From the IMG/VR virus record IMGVR_UViG_3300015202_000004, positions 19,943 to 83,942 of that record: DNA of 64,000 nt; one strand, given 5' to 3'. Made by a program: the position numbers and the translations under genes. The DNA is from a virus. The notes below the pieces were generated by a model, which saw only the letters and a program-made list of their open reading frames with translations, ran no database searches and was not told the origin of the DNA. Below, piece by piece: positions 46,661-54,367 of the stretch. Within the stretch, counting starts at the first letter, position 1. Every line of letters begins with the position of its first letter.

Positions 46661-47428
46661 ATGAGTACAACCACATCCTTAATTACACCATTAACAACTA
46701 ATCAGGTAGAGAAATATCGTTTGTTATTATCAACTTACCAAGATGGTACAGGTCGAGATACAAAAGATAGGACTTTGCCAGGTTGGGAAGATTTCGAAGA
46801 TGTTTCGGAAGTAGTATTTGGTGGGCAAAGATTAAAATCAAAAAGCGCAATTGACGTTGTAGTACCAGGTGATAAAAAGTTTGGTATTTCATGCAAAATA
46901 ACTAAGACTTTAAAGAATAGCAAGTCAACGGTTCTAATCGAACATTCGCGAATAAATGCTGAATTTTTCAATAGCTTAAATAAACACAACATCGCTCGTG
47001 AGAGAATGTTTAAAGCTCCCACTGATTGTGGCAACGTTTTATTAAGCCTTGTAAAAGACAAACGTGTTGCGGCATCTAAAGAATATGACGTTGATTTGGC
47101 TAGGAGCTTTTTCCTAGTTATGGCTTATGATATTCCTAGTAGACAATTTAAGCTTTTCCAGTTTCCTTTAAAAATGCCAAGACCAGATAAAGTCAAGTGG
47201 GCTTTCAATGAGTCGAAAAAGCATTTGCGTGGAACCATTAATAATGAATTAGTATTGCAGTGGTTTCACGAAGGTGGTGGACAACTTAAGTATTATCCAT
47301 CTATTAAAAAAGCTAACTGGATTTCTAATACCTTTACCTTGGAACCAGTTCCTGAAAAGCCTGAATCAAATTTAATTATAAAAGCAGAACAATACTTTAA
47401 GGAGAAATGGGATGGCCTGCAAGAGTGA
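46661..47428 (+). CDS. Restriction-endonuclease-like PD-(D/E)XK protein
   Basis: [14 protein letters not shown]...[19 protein letters not shown]; resembles type II REase-like proteins. Confidence 0.55.
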   Translation: MSTTTSLITPLTTNQVEKYRLLLSTYQDGTGRDTKDRTLPGWEDFEDVSEVVFGGQRLKSKSAIDVVVPGDKKFGISCKITKTLKNSKSTVLIEHSRINAEFFNSLNKHNIARERMFKAPTDCGNVLLSLVKDKRVAASKEYDVDLARSFFLVMAYDIPSRQFKLFQFPLKMPRPDKVKWAFNESKKHLRGTINNELVLQWFHEGGGQLKYYPSIKKANWISNTFTLEPVPEKPESNLIIKAEQYFKEKWDGLQE

Positions 47429-47987
47429 TAAGTGTCAATGTAAACATGAAACTATGCCAAAGAAAGACATGCACATTGAACCTGGCGTATGGTACAATGA
47501 CGAGCGTGTAGATTCCGTAGTGCTTAGAATTAAGAAGTTAGAAAACTTTGTTGCACTACCAGAATACAAGACTGAAGGCGCTGCTGCAATGGATTTATAT
47601 GCGGCGGAAGATAAGTTTATCGAAGTTAATAAAATCGAAATTGTCAAAACTGGCATTGCAATTGCTGTACCACAAGGTTATGAAGCGCAAATTCGTGCCA
47701 GAAGCGGATTGGCTGCTAAAGGTTTGATTGTAGCAAATGGACCTGGAACAATTGATTCGGATTATCGTGGCGAAGTCGGTGTGATTTTAGCTAACTTAAC
47801 TGCTGTAGGCGATGCTTCTGTATGCAGCAAGGGTCCTTGGAAAAACCTTCCTGGATTTTCGGTGAAAAAAGGCGACCGTATTGCACAAATGGTTATCGCC
47901 CCTGTTACTAGAGCAAACCTTCAAGTTGTCGAAGAACTTGATGATACCGTTCGTGGAAGTGGCGCATTCGGTTCGACAGGCATCTAA
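47412..47987 (+). CDS. dut: Trimeric dUTPase
   Basis: [39 protein letters not shown]. Confidence 0.96.
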   Translation: MACKSDKCQCKHETMPKKDMHIEPGVWYNDERVDSVVLRIKKLENFVALPEYKTEGAAAMDLYAAEDKFIEVNKIEIVKTGIAIAVPQGYEAQIRARSGLAAKGLIVANGPGTIDSDYRGEVGVILANLTAVGDASVCSKGPWKNLPGFSVKKGDRIAQMVIAPVTRANLQVVEELDDTVRGSGAFGSTGI

Positions 47988-48057
47988 TTGTTGCAATTCA
48001 GCTTCAATCGAATAATGTACTTTCACCGAATTTAATATATAGAAAGGAAGTGATTTA

Positions 48058-48216
48058 ATGAGTAAGATTAGCAGACCTTCACAAAAGGTCACAGTTTTCG
48101 ACCCAGAATCGGGTAGCCGAGAAGCTTTTACAACTGATGTAGAAGAAATGGCTCGCCGTGCAAAAAAGGCCGCAACCGAAGCTAAAGAAGCCAAGGAAAA
48201 AAGAAGCGGTAAGTAA
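48058..48216 (+). CDS. Small hypothetical protein (52 aa), not in the ORF track
   Basis: SD AAAGGA, MSKISRPSQKVTVFDPESGSREAFTTDVEEMARRAKK... Confidence 0.55.
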   Translation: MSKISRPSQKVTVFDPESGSREAFTTDVEEMARRAKKAATEAKEAKEKRSGK

Positions 48217-48273
48217 CCTCACGGAATCCAGATGACTAACATCATCTGGGTTCTTTCTTTAGATAGGGATAAA

Positions 48274-48462
48274 ATGGACAATTTAAATATAACTGTTATA
48301 AAAGAAACCATTAACAGGCTTATCCTTCTTCAACAAGCGGAAAAGAATTATTTTATTAATGCACCTGATAGATTGACAAAGACAGTTGCAAGTGCTAAAA
48401 TGGATGCGTATACAGATTCAATAAGAATTCTCCAAGAACAAATGGAGCAAGCGTATGGCTAA
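48274..48462 (+). CDS. Hypothetical protein
   Basis: ATG after GGGA; helical. Confidence 0.5.
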   Translation: MDNLNITVIKETINRLILLQQAEKNYFINAPDRLTKTVASAKMDAYTDSIRILQEQMEQAYG

Positions 48463-48805
48463 AGCATTTTGCCGCCAACTTAATTGCGGCATGAGTTTTG
48501 CCACTCCACGTCATCGTGACCAACATCAAGATTTGATGCACAAAGACTGGATTAAAGAGGCTGCTTTTTTACTAGTTGATAAAATAAATAATTCGAATAC
48601 GGTTGAAGCTTTGAACAAAAAAGTCATTAGAACTTCCGAGCGTTCATTCTCTTATTCTGAAGCTAAAGAGCTTATGGGTAACAATGATGATATGGGCAAG
48701 GCTATTCTTAAGGCCATGAAAGATGTAGTTGAAACTTATTTCGCGCATCACGATGATTGGGGCGTAAATGAATTAATGCGTGTATCAGAATTTAATATTA
48801 GGTAG
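48455..48805 (+). CDS. Protein with N-terminal C2H2-type zinc finger
   Basis: C-x4-C-x3-F-x8-H-x4-H. Confidence 0.55.
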   Translation: MAKAFCRQLNCGMSFATPRHRDQHQDLMHKDWIKEAAFLLVDKINNSNTVEALNKKVIRTSERSFSYSEAKELMGNNDDMGKAILKAMKDVVETYFAHHDDWGVNELMRVSEFNIR

Positions 48806-48808
48806 AAT

Positions 48809-49048
48809 ATGAACAAAGATTTTTTTGCATTTGCCATTCTTGTGTTTTTCGCCGCCGTTTTCATGAACTTGATTAAACGTCCTAAGCCTGTTGAAAATCC
48901 TGTGCTAAAAAACAGAGAAACAAAACTTGAACCAAGACCTGAAGTAATTTCGAACCTAACTAAGAAACATGCCCCTAATACCATTATCAATATGGAATTG
49001 GAAAAGTTTCATGGTCAATTTACGGACAGAGATAGATATAAGTTGTGA
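48809..49048 (+). CDS. Small single-pass membrane protein
   Basis: N-terminal FFAFAILVFFAAVFM followed by basic residues. Confidence 0.55.
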   Translation: MNKDFFAFAILVFFAAVFMNLIKRPKPVENPVLKNRETKLEPRPEVISNLTKKHAPNTIINMELEKFHGQFTDRDRYKL

Positions 49049-49266
49049 GTAAATTAAAAAAAGTAGCTCCAAAATATGAGAACGGTACCACCTGTTGTAT
49101 GGGTTGTTATGACTCCGGTTTTATTGTTTGGCGCATGGTAATGACCCAAAATGGCCCAGGTCGTTACATTATTTTGCCATATGACCCGACAAGGGACCAA
49201 CACCCGGCAAAAGAGTTGACTATTGAGAAGTGCGACTGTGCTAAAGGCGACGAATGGGCCGCTTGA
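49045..49266 (+). CDS. Small Cys-containing hypothetical protein
   Basis: CMGC.DSGF...CDC. Confidence 0.5.
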   Translation: MSKLKKVAPKYENGTTCCMGCYDSGFIVWRMVMTQNGPGRYIILPYDPTRDQHPAKELTIEKCDCAKGDEWAA

Positions 49267-49291
49267 CTTTTTATGCTATATATGGTAAGGT
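49263..49291 (+). promoter_or_regulatory. Sigma70-like promoter
   Basis: TTGACT-17-TAAGGT with TG extension; ATG 6 nt later (TAAGG could also act as SD). Confidence 0.5.
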
Positions 49292-49297
49292 AACCTG

Positions 49298-49966
49298 ATG
49301 GACGAGCCCGATTTTTTTGTAGTAACAGATGTTCATGGATGTTTCAAAACGTTCATGGCCCTCTTGGAAAAGATGGGTGTCAAAGATACTGACACTCTCT
49401 TAAACTTGGGCGATGCGGTTGACCGTGGTCCTAGAATCAAAGAAGTATTAGATTTCTTGATGCAAAGACCTAATATTATCAATGTCATTGGCAACCATGA
49501 TTACCACTTCCTAGATTTGGTTCTTAAGGGACCTGGACCTAATAATCAATTTATGATGGTACAAGGCCTAAAGGAAACCATGGACCAGCTTGGTTCTGAT
49601 GCCCCAAAGTACGCCGAATTTATTCGGACATGGGAAAAGTACGTTGTGATGCCAGAGCCTGCTACCTATGTGTTTTGTCATTCGACTTACCCTTGGCAAG
49701 CTAACGAACTTGGCATTTTTAACGAAATGCACATGTGGGAACGTTGGTTTAACGATAGCCAAGATATATACAGGCATTACAAAGGGCCTATCATTGTACA
49801 CGGGCATACGCCTTGTATGGACCCTAAAAAAGTTCATGAGTTCATTGATGGCAAGCTTGTTGGCATTAACCTAGATGGTGGCTGCTGCTACATGACTCCT
49901 GTATCATGCTTGCGTGGCATGCGACTATCTGATGGCAAAATATTCGAAGTAGCTAATTTAGATTAA
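49298..49966 (+). CDS. Ser/Thr protein phosphatase (lambda NinI-like metallophosphoesterase)
   Basis: DVHG, GDAVDRG, GNHD, HGHTP, LDGGC. Confidence 0.9.
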   Translation: MDEPDFFVVTDVHGCFKTFMALLEKMGVKDTDTLLNLGDAVDRGPRIKEVLDFLMQRPNIINVIGNHDYHFLDLVLKGPGPNNQFMMVQGLKETMDQLGSDAPKYAEFIRTWEKYVVMPEPATYVFCHSTYPWQANELGIFNEMHMWERWFNDSQDIYRHYKGPIIVHGHTPCMDPKKVHEFIDGKLVGINLDGGCCYMTPVSCLRGMRLSDGKIFEVANLD

Positions 49967-49983
49967 CCTTCTGTATTTCGGAT

Positions 49984-50004
49984 AAAGCGCTTCGGCGCTT
50001 TTTC
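49984..50004 (+). terminator. Intrinsic terminator with UUCG loop
   Basis: AAAGCGC-TTCG-GCGCTTT-TT. Confidence 0.85.
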
Positions 50005-50065
50005 TGTTTTTGAGACTATAATTCTTAAGAGACAAGCTGTATGTTTTAGCTTGCGTGGAGAAATT

Positions 50066-50644
50066 ATGTCTGCTTCCAAAGAATATTTTGCAAACGAAAG
50101 TTATTTAGACGAGCTATTTTCAAAACGTATAATTCTTATTGATAAAGAAATCACCGAAGAGTTATGCGGAGAATGGATTGGGAAGATTGCGCTACTAGAT
50201 TTGAAGGGCGCGAAAACAAAGAAACCAATTATATTATTGGTTAATACTTACGGCGGCGATGCTTATGCGGCCATGGGCGTAATGGATGTTATTAAGAATT
50301 GCGTTTGTCCCGTAATAACTGTTTGTATCGGGGTTGCCATGTCGGGCGGTTCAGTTATTTTAGGTTCTGGCACAAAGCGATATGCCGTTCCAAATTCGAG
50401 AATAATGGTTCATCAGCATTGGGATGATATGGGTCCAAAAACGCATATGGAAATCATGAATGAAGCTGAAGAAAGCAAACGACTTTTCAAGCAATTAGAA
50501 GATTATTATGTAGTTGCCATGGGGCAATCGCATGCAAAGGTTAAAAAGCTGCTAGAAAAAGACTCCTATCTTACCGCTCAGGATGCTTTGACTCTCGGCT
50601 TAATTGATGAAATCGGATGGAAAATTCACGATTGGCTCAAATAA
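50066..50644 (+). CDS. clpP: ClpP protease subunit
   Basis: NTYGGD, G.AMSGGS (Ser), RIMVHQ (His), D.YLTA.DA..LGLIDEI; start at ATG after GGAG. Confidence 0.92.
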   Translation: MSASKEYFANESYLDELFSKRIILIDKEITEELCGEWIGKIALLDLKGAKTKKPIILLVNTYGGDAYAAMGVMDVIKNCVCPVITVCIGVAMSGGSVILGSGTKRYAVPNSRIMVHQHWDDMGPKTHMEIMNEAEESKRLFKQLEDYYVVAMGQSHAKVKKLLEKDSYLTAQDALTLGLIDEIGWKIHDWLK

Positions 50645-50649
50645 TTAAT

Positions 50650-50732
50650 GGGAGTCCATACGCCCTGGCAGTAATTGGCTCGTCACCATTATTTGACCGA
50701 AAGATATGGCGGGGCCTAGGGGCGCGAGCTTA
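50650..50732. ncRNA. Candidate structured RNA of unknown class
   Basis: 47/81 GC over 50650-50730 in an AT-rich genome; CGCCCT/GGGGCG, GGCTCG/CGAGCT and CCATA/TATGG pairings, crossing order. Confidence 0.35.
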
Positions 50733-50737
50733 AACAA

Positions 50738-50754
50738 GATAGTTGACAACTATC
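50738..50754. promoter_or_regulatory. Perfect palindrome covering a TTGACA box (operator-like)
   Basis: GATAGTTG-A-CAACTATC. Confidence 0.55.
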
Positions 50755-50815
50755 ACCCTAAAGTCCTATATAAAGACTATTATACTTATAACACGCAAAA
50801 CCAAGGAGTAACCCC

Positions 50816-51316
50816 ATTCTTAAAGAACAAAATATCAATTCAGCAATTCGTAGTCCGCGCATCCAGTTAATCAGTGCAGATGGTAATAACCTAGGCATTG
50901 TAGAAACACGAAGCGCCTTATACCAAGCTGGTACGCTGAATTTAGATTTAGTCCAAATTGCTTTCAAAGACGGCACACCTATTTGCCAAATCATGGATTA
51001 CGGCAAATATAGATATGAACTGCAAAAGAAACAATCTGAAGCCAAGAAGAAACAACCTAAAAATGTTGTTAAGGAAATCAGATTGACCCCACGTATCGAA
51101 CAACATGATATTGAAATTAAGATTAGAAAAATATCGGAGTTCGTTAGCGAAGGATGTACTGTTCGTGTTTCAATGAGTTTCAAAGGCCGAGAAAATGCAC
51201 ACAAAGATATTGGTGCAAAAGTCATGGGAGCTTTTAGACACATCCCCGGCACAAATTGTTCAGATTTAAGTTCGATGGGCAATCAAATCTCTTTAACATT
51301 AACTAAGGTAAACTAA
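50816..51316 (+). CDS. infC: Translation initiation factor IF3 with ATT start
   Basis: SD AAGGAG + 7 nt + ATT, in frame with tracked ORF 50993; adds INSAIRSPRIQLISADG.NLG..LDLV.I before MDYGKY; C-domain VKEIRL.P.I..HD. Confidence 0.92.
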   Translation: MLKEQNINSAIRSPRIQLISADGNNLGIVETRSALYQAGTLNLDLVQIAFKDGTPICQIMDYGKYRYELQKKQSEAKKKQPKNVVKEIRLTPRIEQHDIEIKIRKISEFVSEGCTVRVSMSFKGRENAHKDIGAKVMGAFRHIPGTNCSDLSSMGNQISLTLTKVN

Positions 51317-51318
51317 TA

Positions 51319-51582
51319 ATGTTAAGAAGCGAAGATTCTGTCTATATTAAAATACCAAGGGTAGCGTCAGGTATTTTGGTAAAATCAATAATACAAGCGG
51401 TTATTAGTTGTAAAAACGACAAACGCTCGCATCCAGACAGACTTGATATGACTGAGTACGTTCTTTTACAATTTGCTAACGAGCTTACAAATACTGAAGA
51501 AGTAGCTCCTGGTGACGCTAAAATTTTAGATAGTATTCTTGACGAGTCAGCGGAGGAACCATCCGATGATGCAAGACCGTGA
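51319..51582 (+). CDS. Hypothetical protein
   Basis: ORF directly after infC. Confidence 0.5.
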   Translation: MLRSEDSVYIKIPRVASGILVKSIIQAVISCKNDKRSHPDRLDMTEYVLLQFANELTNTEEVAPGDAKILDSILDESAEEPSDDARP

Positions 51583-51976
51583 AGAATTTATTACGGAAAT
51601 AATGGACCTTTCTCGCGATAACTGTGACGATATTGAAGCACTTGAAGAAATGGATGCTATTTTAACGCAAAGTTATGGTTTATCATACGAACAATACGCA
51701 AGTGTCAGAAACGCTTTATTACTAAAATACAATTATGCTTTACCTGTGGATGTACTTCGTATTGCTATCACTAATAAAATCACGATTGATTTAGTTAGTA
51801 AGGGCTTGCTGGAAGTAGAATCGACAGTCAATGAAGACATAATGTTTAAGATTTCAGATAAAGGTGCTAAAACATTGCATCAAGCAATGAAAGATGGCAC
51901 GTTGAAAAATATAAAACCTGGCCCATTTTATGCCTTAATGTTTTTACGCAATTCAAAAATATTGAAAGTTGACTAA
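51539..51976 (+). CDS. Hypothetical protein
   Basis: ORF abutting groES; start may be a later ATG. Confidence 0.5.
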   Translation: MTSQRRNHPMMQDREEFITEIMDLSRDNCDDIEALEEMDAILTQSYGLSYEQYASVRNALLLKYNYALPVDVLRIAITNKITIDLVSKGLLEVESTVNEDIMFKISDKGAKTLHQAMKDGTLKNIKPGPFYALMFLRNSKILKVD

Positions 51977-52417
51977 ATGAAAATTAATAAAGTTCTTCAC
52001 GATAATATCGTGGTTAAAATTAAGCGTCAACCAACTGAGTTGACCACTAAATCTGGAATCATCCTTACAGGAATTGAACAAGATTATTATATTGCCGAAG
52101 TCGTTATGGTTGGACCAGGCAAATGGGAATTGAATAAGACAGCGAATAAGGAAGAGTTTATTCCTACTACTTTAGTTCCAGGCGACATGGTAATTCTTGA
52201 AAAGAACTTCCATCATGTTTTTGATGTTCGTCGCCGCGACCGCGTTGACCATACAATTGAAATAGAACAAAGCGAAGATGGCTACGATGTTTACTTGACC
52301 AAAGCTGAAGACTGTTATCTTAAATTTGAGAACCCAGAAGAAGCTAAAAACACAGAATTGTATGGAGAACTATATAGTATTATGGCAGTAAAAGAAGCTG
52401 TTAAAAAAGCCTATTAG
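51977..52417 (+). CDS. groES: GroES-like co-chaperonin, extended (146 aa)
   Basis: LHDNIVVK, TKSGIILTG, EVVMVGPG, L.PGD.V. Confidence 0.82.
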   Translation: MKINKVLHDNIVVKIKRQPTELTTKSGIILTGIEQDYYIAEVVMVGPGKWELNKTANKEEFIPTTLVPGDMVILEKNFHHVFDVRRRDRVDHTIEIEQSEDGYDVYLTKAEDCYLKFENPEEAKNTELYGELYSIMAVKEAVKKAY

Positions 52418-52447
52418 GACTGTTAAAAAAGCCTATTAGGACTGTTA
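52398..52447 (+). repeat. 22-bp tandem duplication across the groES stop codon
   Basis: CTGTTAAAAAAGCCTATTAGGA x2 + CTGTTA. Confidence 0.92.
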
Positions 52448-52510
52448 TTTAGTCTTTTATCTCGCATAATTATTAATACTATTAAAGTTTAATGTAGCCT
52501 GGAATGAAAA

Positions 52511-54007
52511 ATGATATTCATCAAAAAAGGCATTACTGAATGTGAATTGATTGGAATTACGCCACTATTGAAGCAGCAGCTTCGTGCGGCGCTTTCTTTT
52601 GAAAACAAATCACATATCATTGCCAAAGCCGTTGCTCGAAAGAAGTTTGGATACGTGCCAAAGCGAATGCAATGGAATGGCATCACTTATCTTATTGACG
52701 ACAACAATCGCTTTCCTAGCGGTCTTCTAGCCCGTGTATTGGCTATTTTAGACGCTGCTGGTGAAGAATATCAATACCTAGAAGAGCCAACGATTCCTGA
52801 AGCATCACCCATGAAGTTATCTAAAGAGTTAGACCTTTGGGAACATCAAGGTGATGCTATGGCCGCAATCAAGAAAAACATTTCCGGCATGGTTAGAATC
52901 GGCACGGGCGGAGGTAAGACAAAATTATCAGTAAAGACCTCCGCTGAAGTAGGCCAGTATCCCTATTTGTTTGTTGTAAATAGAATCAGTTTGCTTACAC
53001 AGACACATAGTGAATACAGTAACTATTTTGGCGAATCTATAGGCTGGATTGGCAACGGAAAAATTGATGTACAAAAAATAAACATTGCGACCATCGGTAC
53101 AATATGTTCTATACTGAATATCAAAACTGAACTTGAAAGTGATGAAAATTTAAATTATACTCCTGAACAAATAGCATCGTTAAAGAAGCTTTTGAAAAAT
53201 TGTCGATTCGTTGTTGTTGATGAGTGTCACCATGCAGCTAGTGCGACATACAAAAAAATGATGAAAGCTTTACCCAATGCAATTTATCGTATTGGCTTAA
53301 GTGCAACTCCGTTCAGAACAGATGGTCAAGATATTCTTTTAGAAGCCGCATTTGGGAATGTAATTTATTCTAAATCAGCTTCCGAGTTAATCAGGCAAGG
53401 TGTTTTATGCCAACCTGAAATATTCTTCGTAGAATATAAAGATGCATATTTATCTAAAAAATATCCAAAGAATGCAAAGGGCGGAGCTTATAACACAATC
53501 TATAAAGAGTGTGTCGTTGAGAACGAACTGTTCAACACTTTAGTAGCTAAATTAGCTATCATTAACGCAGATTTGAATCGTTTGACTTTAATTTCGGTAA
53601 AGCAAGTCAACCATGGCAAACATATCCTTGATATACTAAAATCATTAGACCCGACTCTCGCCGTTGAATTTTTACACGGTAAAAACAAAGAAGTCTTAGG
53701 CGAAGAGAGGGTAAAACAAGATTTTGCAACAGGCAAAATAAAGGTACTAATCAGCACATTATTTGACGAAGGTGTTGACATTCCCAGCGTAGTTGCTATC
53801 ATTGATGCTGGTGGTGGCAAAAGTCCTATCAAAGCTTTGCAATTAATAGGCAGAGCAATAAGAAAATTTGGTAAGAAGAAGCGAGCCTATATATTTATGT
53901 TCATCCAGCCTTACCAGCATTTATACAAACATTCAAATGCAAGAGCCCAGATTCTAAAGACTGAAGAAGCATTTAATTTACAAATTCTTGATTGGGAAAA
54001 TGAGTAA
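52511..54007 (+). CDS. SF2 helicase (UvsW-like)
   Basis: GTGGGKT, VDECHH, GLSATP.R.DG, FDEGVDIP, Q.IGR.IR. Confidence 0.9.
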   Translation: MIFIKKGITECELIGITPLLKQQLRAALSFENKSHIIAKAVARKKFGYVPKRMQWNGITYLIDDNNRFPSGLLARVLAILDAAGEEYQYLEEPTIPEASPMKLSKELDLWEHQGDAMAAIKKNISGMVRIGTGGGKTKLSVKTSAEVGQYPYLFVVNRISLLTQTHSEYSNYFGESIGWIGNGKIDVQKINIATIGTICSILNIKTELESDENLNYTPEQIASLKKLLKNCRFVVVDECHHAASATYKKMMKALPNAIYRIGLSATPFRTDGQDILLEAAFGNVIYSKSASELIRQGVLCQPEIFFVEYKDAYLSKKYPKNAKGGAYNTIYKECVVENELFNTLVAKLAIINADLNRLTLISVKQVNHGKHILDILKSLDPTLAVEFLHGKNKEVLGEERVKQDFATGKIKVLISTLFDEGVDIPSVVAIIDAGGGKSPIKALQLIGRAIRKFGKKKRAYIFMFIQPYQHLYKHSNARAQILKTEEAFNLQILDWENE

Positions 54008-54367
54008 AACGTGTAAAAAATGCGGGGTAACAAAATCAACTGATGATTTTTATTTTGCACGATTAGTTTGCAAACAATGTAAAAAGAATCCTCGATAGAA
54101 AGATATCCTCTGACTAAAGATAAAGCATATGCATGTAAAAAAGCATGGCGAGAAATCAACAAACAAAAGAATACTGTTTTAATAGTAAATGATAATTGTA
54201 AATATTGCAATCATAAATTTAAAAATTATTTTGATTCTCAAGCATGCATCGACCACAATCATGAAACTGGTGAAGTTTGGGGAATATTGTGTAAAACATG
54301 TAATATCAAACTTGGTGTATACGAGAAAAATAAATTACTTTTTGATAAATATATCAGAGTCAAATAA
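54000..54367 (+). pseudogene. EndoVII-type homing endonuclease interrupted by a -1 frameshift (absent from the ORF track)
   Basis: ATG 54000 MSKTCKKCG..DDFY..CKQCKK; -1 at T-AAAAAG (54080-86) continues ESSIERY..CKYC..CIDHNHETGEVWGILCKTCN to TAA 54367; 368 nt +1 = 123 codons. Confidence 0.8.

Noticed and set aside
50650-50732. HDV-like/theta ribozyme or L20 leader assignment
   Set aside because: No P3/L3 or catalytic-C J4/2 segment could be placed, and a promoter-like box separates it from infC; left unclassified.
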